A DNA stretch of 64,000 nt from Chiloscyllium plagiosum. Its lineage: Eukaryota. Below, in pieces: positions 13,601-26,849 of the stretch. The number at the start of each line of letters is the position of its first letter. The stretch's first letter is position 1. Where the stretch lies: the NCBI RefSeq assembly GCF_004010195.1, contig NC_057739.1, positions 28,323,239 to 28,387,238 of the forward strand. The letters run 5' to 3'. The notes under the pieces were generated by a model. The model did no database searches, had not been told where the DNA came from, and saw only the letters and a list, made by a program, of their open reading frames with translations. The translations under genes were made by a program, and so were the position numbers.

Positions 13601-15414
13601 GTGTATCATTAGTGCAAATTCACTGTAAAGTGAATGGCGAATTGGCAACTGTTGCTAAAGAGCAATGGTTTAAAACTTGCATTGGCTGTAACGTGATTAC
13701 ATTGCAGACACTTAAGCACTGTTTCCAAAGTGCAAATTTTCTGTAATGCAGGGCTGCAGAAGAACGCAACCATCACGTTTTAGAAGAACTACCTGTAGTT
13801 TCACGCTAATACTACAAGGCCATCGCCCAGGACTCTTGCTTTTGTTTCAGATTTCTAGCATTTGTGGTTCTTTGTGTTTGTTTTTGATGTTTATATTGGG
13901 TCACAGAGATCAGCCTCCTTGCAAATCAAAAATCATATTCAAAAGATTTGAAAACTTGTCATTAATATACTCCAAAAGGAATCGGCCCAATCTGTACAAC
14001 CCTTCCGAAGGCTCACAAACAAGTACAATTAGCATAAATGAATGCCACTAGTGATGGCTAGTGTTATGCTAATTAACTTCTGGTCATTGTTTATGCCAAT
14101 TGCACTCATCTGCACATCTTCAGGCTGTGCAAATCCAGCTGATTCCTTTTGGCACAAATACATTTTTGTACATAACACCAGTTTTTAAGCTTTTGAATAT
14201 AAAGTTAATTCATGAAGAAACTGATCTCTGCACTCTAAGATGACCAGTAAATGAAAACAAAAGCTAGGAACTCCAGATGCTGGAAATATGAAACAAAAAT
14301 AGTGCTGGAGAAACCCAATAGACCCATAGAGAGAAAACAGGGTTAATGTTTTGAGTCAAGTGATCATTTGTCAGAACTGAAGATAGCCGAGGAAGGGAAG
14401 ATGCTGATGACAGATTGAGGTTAGAGAATAGAATACATGGAGATGATCTCTCTGGACACAGCACATACAATCAGCTGTATGTTGAAAGACAAAGGAGAAA
14501 AATCACAATTTCTAAGGGCTGTTATGTGGTGCTACTGGCAATTGCCTGGCTACTGTGCTAGATTCTCTGAATTGCTAGATCTGCATGGTTCACAAAATAA
14601 TAATACCACCACAGTGCTACTTTATCTCCGTTCTACTTCTGTATAGAAAAATTAAGTCTTCAGATTTTTGTGTGGGGCGGGGGGTGGTTTTGGAACCAGG
14701 AGGGTGCTTGGAAATCAAAGAAAAATCTCAAGAAATGGACAAAAAAAGGCTGTGTTTGTGATGTTGCAAGAGAGAGATTCAGTGTAATGTGTTTTAAACA
14801 TGTGAAGGAGAATAACAAGTCTGTGTGAGAGATAAATAGACTGGATACGTGTCTTTAAATTGGGGAAGGAGTGTGTATGCGTGCATGTCTGTTTGTAAAC
14901 ATGCAAGTTTATATATGTGGAAGTGTTGATGGAAAGGTTTGGGTGTGGCACCAGCAACCCTGAACAACTGGAACACAGGAAGATAAAATTTAATGTTCCT
15001 GAGAAAATCAACAGTGAATTTTGGAGTTGAAAGGTGTTGATGGGTGGAAAGAGGTTGGACAGGGTGGAATAAACAAGTCAACATATCAGCTTTATAACTG
15101 AACAATGAGGAAATGTCAAGCAAAAGGGTGCAAATTTAGAAATAAAATTGCCAGTGTGGAAAATGGGAATTCCTTGGACAAATGTAAAAGGCAAAACTAA
15201 AGAGTTCTGATTATATAGAGAATGCAAGTTGCTGAGCTTTAGTCTACAAGTACTAGATGCAGATGTTGGCAACAAGAGAATTTGTTGAAGTGACATTCGA
15301 CAGGAAGCTCAGTCATTTTTGCAGACAGCACTTCTTTAGAATGCCTCAATTGATTCTGCTTCCACGTTACATCCAAAGAGTACATTCTAGAGCAAAACCA
15401 TCTGTGTGAAGAAA

Positions 15415-18345
15415 ATAGAACATGACAGTGCAATGCAGGCCCTTCGGTCCTTGATGTTGCGCCGACCTGTGGAACCAGTCTGAAGCCTATCTATCCTATG
15501 GTATTCCATTTTCGTCCATACATTTATCCAATAACCATTTAAATCCCTTAACGTTGTTAAGTCTACTACTGTTGTAGGTAGTGCATTCCATGCCCCTACT
15601 ACTGAGTAAAGAAACTACCTCTGGCATCTGTCCTACGTCTATCATCTCTCCAATTCAAAGCTATGTCCCCTCGTGCTAGCCATCACAGTCTGAGGAAGGA
15701 AGGCTCTCTGTGTTCACCCTGTGTAACCCACTGATTATCTTCTATGTCTCGATTAAGTCACCTCTCCACCTTCTGTAATGAAAACAGCCTCCAGTCCCTC
15801 ACCCTTTGCTCATAAGACATTCCCTCAATACCAGGCAATAGCCGGGTAAATCTCCACTGAACCCTTTCCAAAACTTCCACGTCCTTTGTATAATGTGGTG
15901 ACTGGAATACTCCCAGTGCTGCCACACCAGAGTGTTGTACAGCTACAGCATGACCTCATGGCTCTGAAACACTATCCGTCTGCCAATAAAAGCTACACAA
16001 CTTATGCCGCCTTAACAACCCTGCCAAACTGGGTGGCAACTTTCAGGGGTATACGTACATGGACACTGAGATCTCTCTGCTTATCTACACGACCAAGAAT
16101 CTGACCATTAGCCCAGTACTCTGCATTCCTGTTGCTCCTTCCAAAGTGAATCACTTCACACTTTTCTGCATTAAACTCCAATTGCCACCTCTCAGCCCAA
16201 CTCTGCAGCTTATTTATGTCCCTCTGTAACCTGCAACATCCCTTAGCACAATCCACAATTCCACTGACCTCAGTGTCGTCTGCAAATTTACTAACCCATC
16301 TTCTGCACCCTCATATAGGTCATTTATAAAAATGACAAACAGCAGTGGCCCCAAAACAGATCCTTGCGGAACACTGCAAGTAACTGAACTCTCGAGTGAA
16401 CATTTCCCAACAACCACTATCCTCTCTTTTTGTCTTTCAACTAGCCAATTTCTGATCCAAATCATGAAATCATCCTCAATGTCATGCCTCCATATTTTTG
16501 TTTTGCCTGCCATGGGGACCTTCTCAAACCCCTTACTGAAATCCATATACGCCACATCAACTGCTTTACCTTCATTCACTTGTTTGGTTACCATCTCAAA
16601 GAACTCAATAAGTTTTGTGAGAGACAATCTACCCTTCACAAAACCGTGTTGTCTATCCCTAATTAACTTATTCCTTTCTAAATGATTATGAATCCTATCT
16701 CTTAATCTTTTCCAACACTTTATCCACAATTAAAGTAATGCTTACTAGCCTATAATTACCAGGGTTGTCTCTACTCAACTTCTTGAACAACAGGACATTT
16801 GCTATCCTCAGTCTTCTGGCACTATTCTGTTGACAATGACAACATAAAGATTAAAGCCAAAAGCTTTGCAATCTCCTCCCTGGCTTCCCAGAGAATCTTA
16901 GAATAAATCCCATCCGGTCCAGGGGACCTATCTATTTTCACATTTTGCAGAATGGCTAACACCTCCTTATGAACCTCAATTCCATCTTATCTAGTAGCCT
17001 GTATCTCTGTCTGCTCCTCAACAACTTTGCCTTTTTCCGGTGTGAATACTGACAAAAAATATTCTTTTTAACACTTCTCATATCTCCTCTGACTCCATGC
17101 ACAACTTCCTACTACTATCCTTGATTGTCCTTAATCTTTCTCTTATTCTGTTATTCCTGTTATTCCTGTTATACCTATAGAAAGCTTTCGAGTTTCCTTG
17201 ATCCTATCTGCCAGCGACTTCTCATGTCCCCTCCTGGCTCTTCTTGGCTCTCTCTTTAGGTTTTTCCTGGCTAACTTGTAACTCTGAAGCGCCCTAGTTG
17301 AGCCTTCTCGCCTCATCCTAACATAAGCCACCTTCCTTTTGACAAGAGCTTCAACTACTTTAGTAAATCACGGTTCACTCGTTGGACCATTTCCCCACTG
17401 CCTGCCAGATACATACTTAACAAGAACCTGCAGTAGCTGTTCCTTGACTAAGCTTTATACAAGGCTCATAATAAAGCCATGAATAATTTATTTCCGCATC
17501 CAATGCATTCTAAATCTTGCTTAATCGTATCATCATTGCCTTTCCCCCACCAATAACTCTTGCCATGCATTATATACCTATCCCTTTCCATCACTAAACA
17601 TAACCGAACTGTGGCCACTATCACCAAAGTGCTCACCTGCCTCCAAATCTAGCACCTGGCCAGGTTCAGTACCCAGTATTAAATCTAATGTGGCCGCTTC
17701 CTTGTTGGCTTGTCTACATAGCGTGTCAAGAAACCCTCCTGCACACATTGGACAAAAACTGACCCATCTAAAGTGCTTGAACTATAGTATCTCCAGCCAA
17801 TATTTGGAAAGTTAAAGTCCCCCATAACAACTACCCTTTACTCACTCTACTGTCCAAAATTATCTTTACTATCCTACCCTCTGCATCCCTGGAACTGTTC
17901 GGTGGCCTATAGAAAACAGGGTGACTTCTCCTTCCCTGTTTCTACCTCAGCCTATGCTAGTTCAGTACATGAGTCCTCAAATGTTCTTTTGCTGCTGTAA
18001 TACTGTTCTTGACTAACAATGCCGCACCTTCCCCTCTATTACCATCTCCTGTTCTTAGTGAAGCATCTAAATCCCGGAACCTGCAACAGCCATTCCTATC
18101 CCTGCTCTGTCCATGTGTCTGAAATGGCCACAACATCGAAGTCCCAGATACAAACCCATGCTGCAAGTTCACCCACCTTATTCCAGATGCTCCTGGCGTT
18201 GAAGTGAACACACTTCAAACCATCTTCTTACTTGCCGGTTAACTCTTGGGACATTAAAACCTCATTTCTGACCTCACTACTTTCTACCTCCTGGACACTG
18301 GAACTACAATTTGGGTGCCATCCCCTGCTGAATTAGTTTCAACCC
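15415..18345 (-). mobile_element. CR1 LINE, near-complete decayed ORF2 (same subfamily as 692-3762)
   Basis: QHGFVKGRLSLTKLIEFF, VDVAYMDFSKGFEKVP, VPQGSVLGPLLFVIFINDL, KCEVIHFG; colinear with 692-3580. Confidence 0.92.
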
Positions 18346-18424
18346 ATCATTTCTTATGTTTACAAATCACTTTAAATCTGTGCTCTCATTGTTGGTCATT
18401 TTTGTTCGAGGGAACAGTTTCATA

Positions 18425-18714
18425 CAATCACAGTAGTGTGAAAGCAGGCCACTTGGTTCATTGAGTCCATGTCGACTCTGTGAAGACCATCCTATCCAGA
18501 CCCACCCCCCTACCTTATCCCTGTAACCCTGGATTTCTCATGACTAATCCATGTAACCTCCTTATCCCTGGACACTCTGGGCAATTTTTCATGGCCAATC
18601 CACCTAACCCCCACATCATTAGACTGTCACGCAGACACAGGGAAAATTTGAGAATGTGACACAGATCGTCCACTGTCTTAATCAAACCCAGGTCCCTGGC
18701 ACTGAGGCAGCAGT
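18425..18714 (-). mobile_element. Degenerate V-SINE
   Basis: catggccaatccacctaacc...acgcagacacaggg...ccaggtccctggcactgaggcagcagt; reverse-complement match to the SINE. Confidence 0.75.
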
Positions 18715-18765
18715 AATTTGGTGATTATTACATTTCAGACTCTGCTTGCTAACTTAGTACCTACC

Positions 18766-19060
18766 TAACTTAGATTTAAGTTAAAAATCTCACAACACCA
18801 GGTTATAGTCCAACAGGTTTAATTGGAAGCACAGTAGCTTTCCGAGCGACGCTCCTTCATCAGGTGATTGTGGAGGGCTCGATCGTAACACAGAATTCTG
18901 TGTTACGATCGAGCCCTCCACAATCACCTGATGAAGGAGCGTCGCTCCGAAAGCGAGTGTGCCTCCAATTAAACCTGTTGGACTATAACCTGGTGTTGTG
19001 TGATTTTTAACTTTGTACACCCCAGTCCAACACCGGCATCTCCGAATCATAACTTAGATT
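18766..19060. mobile_element. PLE family-2 palindromic mini-element (236-bp palindrome 18778-19013, ~36-nt tail, 11-bp TSD)
   Basis: The arms differ at 5 positions; centre GAATTC at 18893-18898. TSD TAACTTAGATT at 18766-18776 and 19050-19060. Core CTGATGA-A-GGAGC-GTC-GCTCC-GAAA. Confidence 0.92.
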
Positions 19061-20101
19061 AGGTGACCATGTGTCCCCTTTTGCCCAGGTGGTTGGTCTG
19101 CATTACTTCAAATGAAGTCTGAGAGATTATAAATTAGAAGTTTTGGTAAATCCAGAGATATTAAAAACCATTTCAACTCCACTGAGATCACTGTTCAATT
19201 ATTAGTTTCCTTAGTGACTTGAGCCCAGTCATTTTCCTCCTTGCAGGCCAAGTGTAGGTTTCTTTCCAGCCAGCAGGTTCTAGACCAAGATGGAGGATCC
19301 AAGACAGGCTGCTAAGTTAAGATACTTTCCCTCTGCCAATCAAACCGAATTCCAGAATTGTATATTTAAGCAATTCAACAAGCCCTTGTTTTAGTCATGT
19401 GACAAAGACCGGCATTTCAGATGCTGAAGGCCTATTTTGGAAGATTATTAAACTCAGTGTTACTTTACTTATCAGTTTCCAGTATGAGGTCATGTAACTA
19501 AAGCCATAGTGTAAAGTAAGCATAATGGGTTTTGATGTTTTTCTTTGTGCTGAGTTTGGAGGCAGTTGTGTTGTCTCCAGCCCTTGGGGTGTCACCTTTA
19601 GCTTCTGGAAATACAATCCGATGATCAGACTTGGACTTTTATGAACCCAGTAACACCCTTTCTTCCTCTGTCCTCCATCCCTCCATCTCTGTTCATTTTT
19701 AAATGAAGTGGAATTTAAGGCTCTAAATACAGAATAGAATACAGTTTTCTTTGGGATTTCTGTTCATTCCTTCTGGCCGTGACAGCTGCCTTCATTCGAA
19801 GTGAATTCAAACCTGATCAAGGTCAGACATAGTTGTATAAATTATTAAAGTTCACAAAAATGCATTCCATTCACAGTTGTTATACTTGTAATGTAATCAT
19901 ACAAATAGGAATATTGCTGTGAAAAGTCACATTTTATTGAAACTTCTCATTTGTGCTCATCAGGACAAGTTGCAAAAAATAAAACAAATTGTCTCGATGA
20001 GCGCATGACAAAAACCTTTGACAAAAGGTCTGTTTATAAACATTCTGTCAAACAACTGCTTGAAATAAGAAACTAAAAAGAATCCATTTATCGGGAATTG
20101 A

Positions 20102-20355
20102 CATAGATACTTTCCTGGAGGAGAAAGTGAGGTCTGCAGATGCTGGAGATCAGAGCTGGAAATGTGTTGCTGGAAAAGCGCAGCAGGTCAGGCAGCATCC
20201 AGGGAACAGGAGAATCGACGTTTCGGGCATAAGCCCTTCTTCAGGAATTCCTGAAGAAGGGCTTATGCCCGAAACGTCGATTCTCCTGTTCCCTGGATGC
20301 TGCCTGACCTGCTGCGCTTTTCCAGCAACACATTTCCAGCATAGATACTTTCCTG
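20102..20355. mobile_element. PLE family-1 palindromic mini-element (perfect 186-bp palindrome 20155-20340, 37-nt tail, 16-bp TSD)
   Basis: 93-bp arms with zero mismatches and no spacer; centre GAATTC at 20245-20250. TSD CATAGATACTTTCCTG at 20102-20117 and 20340-20355. Confidence 0.95.
20251..20278 (+). ncRNA. Minimal type-I hammerhead ribozyme motif (mirror copy on minus strand at 20217-20244)
   Basis: CTGAAGA-A-GGGC-TTAT-GCCC-GAAA-CG-TC: CUGANGA box, 4-bp helix II, GAAA box, helix III reduced to palindromic ACGT, GUC triplet. This is the minimal form known from PLE terminal repeats. Activity is not shown. Confidence 0.75.
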
Positions 20356-20589
20356 CCTGTTTTCACAAAATACAACTAAATTTCACCCCATTGTGAGCAA
20401 TTGGCTTAGCCTTGTATAATAATCTAATCCCTATGTTCACAGTTCTGTCTCTATTTCAAATATAATGTGAATCAAAAATACGCTGACCAGTTATATCCCT
20501 TAACCTCTTCTGGGTTTACTTTAAATCCTGAGGCTTATAGTGCAAGTCACATTTTTTTCTGTTGTGCAGTTGAACTGAATTTAGATTTT

Positions 20590-21540
20590 CTCATCTGTGT
20601 TGCTGTTTGACACTATCTGAAGGTACAACGTAGTTTTCATTTGTATGCTGATGATACCCAACTCTAATTCACAACTGCCTTCCTGGACTCCTCCAATTTT
20701 GTTAAAATACCAAACTGCTAATCTGACATCCTGGCATAAGCAGAAATATCATCTAATTATTCACAACCTTGGTGTCATATTCGAATACCATCATGCTTAT
20801 GCCATCACTAAATGTCATCTGCACTATCAACAAACACCCTTTCTTCCACAGCACTCCACCCCTCCTCTACTGCGTAAATGTTGCCCCTTCCACACTTCAC
20901 GTCAGCTCTGAAGAGTCATTTAGACTCTGTTAGCTTGCTGTCTATGGATGCTGCCTTACCTGCTGAGATTTCCAGTATTTTTTAAATGTCATACTTGCAT
21001 ATCTGCAATTTTACTTACCTCTTTTTCTACTGCTGAAACTCTCATTCGTGACTTTGATACCTCCGAGCTACACATATATTTCTCTTAAAATTGGGGTAGT
21101 CCAAAACACACTCCATACCCGAACTTGAAGCACGTTCCATTCTATCGCTCTTGTACTTGTCAAGCACTGTGCTGGTTTCATCCCTTCAACATTTTTTGTT
21201 GCAAAACCCTGTATAGCTTCACCCCTCATTCTCTTTATATTCTTGCAGTCCACAAATCCCTGAGATCATTGCGCAACACTCTGTTCTGGCCTCTTGTTCA
21301 TCATTGATTTTTAATTGCCTTCCCATCGGTGAATGTGCCTTTGGTTGCCCAAGCTTCAAGCTGAGGAGTGCATGTCTCTGCCCGCCTATCTTGCTTTCCT
21401 CTTTGAGGGCATATTAACATTCACTTCTTTACTTTTTGTTATCTGACCTATTATTTCTGTAACTAAGTGTGAAACTCTGCTTTATAATGCTTTTGGGAAA
21501 CACCCAGGGAAATTTTATTGTATTAAAGGCCTTTAAAACA
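20590..21540 (+). mobile_element. Old L2-type LINE 3' fragment with a nested old PLE piece (~20860-20990)
   Basis: tatgctgatgatacccaactc = YADDTQL RT motif; L2-like tail near 21500-21535. Confidence 0.6.
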
Positions 21541-22989
21541 ACTTATTTTTATATACCAGGAAAACACATGACCGATAAAACTATTTGCTGGATATTATAC
21601 AGGTAATTTAGCACATGATTTCTTTCTCCAAAATTACATAAAGCCCAAGAAACTGTGTGCTTGTGATAATGTGTTTTCAGTTAGACACTTATTTATTCCT
21701 TCTGTTGGATTGGGTCACCAATTTTGAGGTGCGATCTTCCCCCTCAGGACTATTGCCTAAAGTAGACATTAGAACCGTGCATATTCTCCCAGGTGAATCA
21801 GGTCTCGGTTCTTTGATATACTTGTCCAGATTTAAGGGATAAAAGTGCTTAAAGCTGATCATAGTAGGCAGAAAATGTCATCCGGTGCGACCCTTGTAAT
21901 AACCAACTTTTTAAAAAGGTAAAGCTAAAGTTTTTAACAGATATTTCTCTTTACAGACATATAGAAAATAATTAAACACATGACACACCACAGCATCTTT
22001 TGAAGCTTAAACTCATTTGAAGTTAACAATCAAAACTAACTACTTTTAAAAGAACTCCAAATGCTGGGAATTTGAATGAAAACAGAAAATGGTAGGCAAT
22101 CAGCATTTTAACATAAACCAGAGAAATGTTTGGAACTGAAAAAATAATGAACGTTTAGTAGAAAATGAGAGGAAAAAAAAACTGATCACAGCAATTGAAA
22201 GGAAATTCTTAGTTATAAAATACTATCTCAATGAGCCAGTTTAAAAAAAATCTAAGCATCAAATGCATGAGAGGTGTGTTTGAGGAAGCTGTGGCAAGAC
22301 CACAATTTCTTGCTCTGCAGGTGTTGTTTAAAATGAAACCTATCAAGTTGGAAAAACATAATAGGTAGAAGCCTGACAAGAAAAAAGGTCAGCATCGAGT
22401 TGCCAATGCTCAATTCGGTAGGTTACTGTACAATTATTTGACTGAAAGTGTTTATTTTGCAAGGAAAACATTAGCATATTTTGATTCCTGTCGATTTGCA
22501 CGTTCATCTCTTCAACACTCAATTAAACATGCAATAATTTTTATAAATTTATTTTTGAGTTCTTTAGCTTCAAAATGCTATGAACAAAGAATAAATCACG
22601 AATAAGGTAAAGCACAGATGAAATAATCAATTCTTGTCAGAATTATGGCATACTGGATTATTTTCATGGTATATTGGCCATGAATATTATCCATCCTAAT
22701 GTTATACATTTAGCATACTTCATGCCAAGTTCAAATTTCAGATCAGATAGGTGGGCCATGTAGTCAAGGTGGGTTAACAGCAGAGAATGCATTTGTAACT
22801 GTCAGTACAAATTCACAATTTATTTACAATGGTAAAAGTAAACATATCATCTCAAAATACTTCAAAGTAAAATGAACCCTCAAGGATGAATCCTAACATC
22901 TCATAGAATTAAAGTTTAGTTCCTTTTTGCTAACTTTTTGGTTTAGAATCCTATTCTTTTGGAAGTAACTACGAATCAGCATTGATTTT

Positions 22990-23303
22990 GGGCGGCACGG
23001 TGGCTCAGTGGTTAGCACAACACTGGTTTGATTCCAGCCTCTGGCGACTCTCTTGTGTGAAGTTTTCACATTCTCCTTGTGTCTGTGTGGGTTTCCTCCC
23101 GCTGTCCAAAGATGTGTAGGTTAGGTGAATTGGCCATGCTAAATTGTCCCATAATGTTCAGGTATGTGTTGGTTAGGTGCATTAGTCAGAGGTAAATGTA
23201 GAGTAATAGAGTAGGGGAATGGGTCTGGGTGGGTTACTCTTTGGATGGTCAGCGTGGACTTGTTGGGCCAAAGAGGCCTGTTTTCACACAGCAGAGTTTC
23301 TAT
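22990..23303 (+). mobile_element. V-SINE (HE1-like) with internal deletion
   Basis: GGGCGGCACGGTGGCTCAGTGGTTAGCAC head, V-domain and gggtctgggtgggttactct tail. Confidence 0.88.
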
Positions 23304-24097
23304 AAAATAAATCAAAAATTTGTTATCATACTATCAATTGGAATTCTCAAGTTGCAATTTTGATTTAAAAAAAAAGACAACTTTATCTAAAGGACCAAGT
23401 ACAAACTACAAGTAAGAGTAGGGTATATGGAGCTCCTCTGCCATTGAAGAAGGTGGCCGAACATCATCTGCATTTTCCTATTCTGCCTACGCATCCCTTG
23501 ATTCCCATAGTACCCAAAAATCCATTGATCTCAACCTTAAAGATGCTCATCAGAGGGCTCTGAATGGTCTGTTGGAATAGAATGCCAAGGTCACAAATGT
23601 ACGAGTGAAGAAATTGTTCTTCATGTCAGTCCAAATTGGTGAACCTTTTTCCTATGTCTCCCGATCCTCTTAGGAAATGTGCTGATGCTCGAACCTGACA
23701 ACTCCCCAGGATCATCAAAAAAGTCAACGAGATAATCAAATTGCTCTGTTCACAATTTTTGTGCCTGATGAACAAGGTTAAGAGAAAACCCTGATCTGCT
23801 TTCTGCACTTAACAAAGACAATCTAGTTTATTACATTTCAATGAGTTCTCACCGTGGGCAAACAAAACATGAATTATCAACTTAACACACTCTAACTTAC
23901 TCTATGCCTTCTCAAATCCCTGCACATTCATGCAGATAGACATGGATAAACAAAAAATAAATGTTATGGGTAGAGGAAGAAATAGATGAGGGACACTATT
24001 CAATCACTGTCGTTCAACAGATTCAATGACATGCCTTTTTGCTGCTTCTAAGTCATTCTAATGTCCAAACTGCTGTTAAGTCCTTTCAATTTTTTAT

Positions 24098-25387
24098 TAC
24101 ATTCACAGGGTTGAAAAAGTGTTGCTGGAAAAGCACAGCAGGTCAGGCAGCATCCAAGGAGCAGGAGAATCGACGTTTCGGGCATGAGCCCTTGTTCAGG
24201 AATGAGGAAAGTGTGTCGAGCAGGCTAAGATAAAAGGTAGGGAGGAGGGACTTGGGGGAGGGGCGTTGGAAATGCGATAGATGGAAGGAGGTCACAGTTA
24301 GGGTGATAGGCCGGGGTGGGGGCGGAAAGGTCAGGAAGATTGCAGGTTAGGAAGGTGGTGCTGAGTTCGAGGGTTGGGACTGAGATTTGACTGAGACAAG
24401 GTGGGGGGGGAGGGGAAATGAGGAAACTGGAGAAATCTGAGTTCATCCCTTGTGGTTGGAGGGTTCCTAGGCGNNNNNNNNNNNNNNNNNNNNNNNNNNN
24501 NNNNNNNNNNNNNNNNNNNNNNNNNNNNNNNNNNNNNNNNNNNNNNNNNNNNNNNNNNNNNNNNNNNNNNNNNNNNNNNNNNNNNNNNNNNNNNNNNNNN
24601 NNNNNNNNNNNNNNNNNNNNNNNNNNNNNNNNNNNNNNNNNNNNNNNNNNNNNNNNNNNNNNNNNNNNNNNNNNNNNNNNNNNNNNNNNNNNNNNNNNNN
24701 NNNNNNNNNNNNNNNNNNNNNNNNNNNNNNNNNNNNNNNNNNNNNNNNNNNNNNNNNNNNNNNNNNNNNNNNNNNNNNNNNNNNNNNNNNNNNNNNNNNN
24801 NNNNNNNNNNNNNNNNNNNNNNNNNNNNNNNNNNNNNNNNNNNNNNNNNNNNNNNNNNNNNNNNNNNNNNNNNNNNNNNNNNNNNNNNNNNNNNNNNNNN
24901 NNNNNNNNNNNNNNNNNNNNNNNNNNNNNNNNNNNNNNNNNNNNNNNNNNNNNNNNNNNNNNNNNNNNNNNNNNNNNNNNNNNNNNNNNNNNNNNNNNNN
25001 NNNNNNNNNNNNNNNNNNNNNNNNNNNNNNNNNNNNNNNNNNNNNNNNNNNNNNNNNNNNNNNNNNNNNNNNNNNNNNNNNNNNNNNNNNNNNNNNNNNN
25101 NNNNNNNNNNNNNNNNNNGCGCCCACCCCCACTCCGGCCTATCACCCTCACCTTGACCTCCTTCCACCTATCGCATTTCCAATGCCCCTCCCCCAAGTCC
25201 CTCCTCCCTACCTTTTATCTTGGCCTGCTGGTCACACTTTCCTCATTCCTGAACAAGGGCTCATGCCCGAAACGTCGATTCTCCTGCTCCTTGGATGCTG
25301 CCTGACCTGCTGTGCTTTTCCAGCAACACATTTTCAGCTCTGATCTCCAGCATCTGCAGTCCTCACTTTCTCCTACATTCACAGGGT
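24098..25387. mobile_element. Penelope-like element with inverted terminal repeats spanning the gap; 14-bp TSD
   Basis: TSD TACATTCACAGGGT at 24098-24111 and 25374-25387. ~215-bp inverted arms. The minus frame next to the gap reads RLGTLQPQGMNSDFSSF (PLE ORF C-terminus). Confidence 0.9.
24474..25118. other. Assembly gap (645 N)
   Basis: Run of N between inverted PLE arms. Confidence 1.
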
Positions 25388-25442
25388 AGATGGTACACTA
25401 ATAGTCAGGCCTTTCTAACTCCTTTGAAGCAGCATCTTGTAT

Positions 25443-25565
25443 GCAAATAGTGAGTTGAAAATGTGTTGCTGGAAAAGTGCAGCAGGTCAGGCAGCATCCA
25501 GGGAACAGGAGAATCGATGTTTCGGGCATAAGCCCTTCCTCAGGAATGATGAGCAAATAGTGAGT
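25443..25565 (-). mobile_element. Single-arm PLE family-1 mini-insert with 13-bp TSD
   Basis: TSD GCAAATAGTGAGT at 25443-25455 and 25553-25565. Confidence 0.88.
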
Positions 25566-26849
25566 GAAAATAGCTTATGTTCCAATTCTTTGTTACTTAT
25601 CTGCAAGGAAAGAGAAGATGTTGCCCTTTTAGAGCCGAGGCCTTACTGTTCGCATAGGCTGTCCACGTGTCAGGAACCAATTGATGTTGTCATGCTGAAC
25701 ACTCCTGGTTCTGATTAGAAAAACAATCAACAGACTATCTCTGGGCAAAGCTACCATGAGCACACCAACTGTATTGATGAGACCAGTAATCCTCCAACGT
25801 TTGAACAAGGCAACAAGAGGGTTTTTAAAACCGTATCCTTTTTCTGTTTTGGTCCATAATCCAAATATAAAGAAAAATGAAAAGGTGTAGTCTCTTAAAT
25901 GAGACTGTGATCCTGAGTGCACCCTGTCAGGCAGGTTTCTTCTTCTTTGGGTAAGGAGATCAAAACAAACACTGTATAATTGCAGCAATACTTTTCACAC
26001 TTCCATTGCAGTAAATGCTATTGCAGTAAATATTATAAGTTCCTTGTGTTCTAAGCTTAATGCTGTAAATTTTGCTTTAACAACAAAACTGAACTTTATT
26101 ACATAGGAAATGAAGGCAAAATAGAATAATCCAAACTATTATGACAAAAATGTAATCCCATGAATACTAAAAACATACTTTTATAAATTTAAAAGAAGCA
26201 AGATCACTTTAATACATTGCCCAAGTCACACTCTGGTACAGTTGCCAAAACTACTCTTGTAATCACATCTGATCCCGGCATGTAACACCTTGGTAGATTT
26301 AAATCTCTTGTGACTTCAATGTTTAGACTGAATTGCAATAGTTTCTCTCTGCACCTTCCACACAGCTGAACTTCAGTCTACTACACTTTAAGTAATATTT
26401 GCAGTGATTTTATCTTTTGCTGTGAGACTAACGCTCATTCCAGCGTAATTCATGATATTTATCAATCCCTTTTAAGGACCACTACTCTACGCAGCCATCC
26501 TATTCAAAGGACTTCAGTGGGATGTCCTACTCAAAATCAAAATTGAAACCAAAAGTCTATTTGTAATCCATGGGCACTTCCATTGAGACTTTTTAAAAAA
26601 AAAATACAAACACCAGACCTTTGAGGCCATATTATTTGCAACCAGTGAGGTAAATAATCTAAAATAAACAAAAGTTTCATCAGTGAGCAAAACTCAATCT
26701 CTGTATAGCCAAATTTTAAAAACTTGATTTTAAAATAAATCACCCTGGTTACAGAAATACTTGGAATTTAATCATTACTTTCAGATGTGCAGAAAAACCC
26801 ATTGATAACTTGCTGAAAAACCAGAAACCCTAATTCTCACCAAATGATT

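Noticed and set aside
14690-15410. Possible retroviral gag remnant
   Set aside because: Purine-rich and coding-like, but no motif I can identify reliably.
692-18345. Segmental duplication (692-3580 versus 15415-18345)
   Set aside because: Similarity is confined to two independent CR1 copies; the flanks are unrelated.
24225-25305. Long ORFs of 221-323 aa in the track
   Set aside because: They are artefacts of translating through the N gap.
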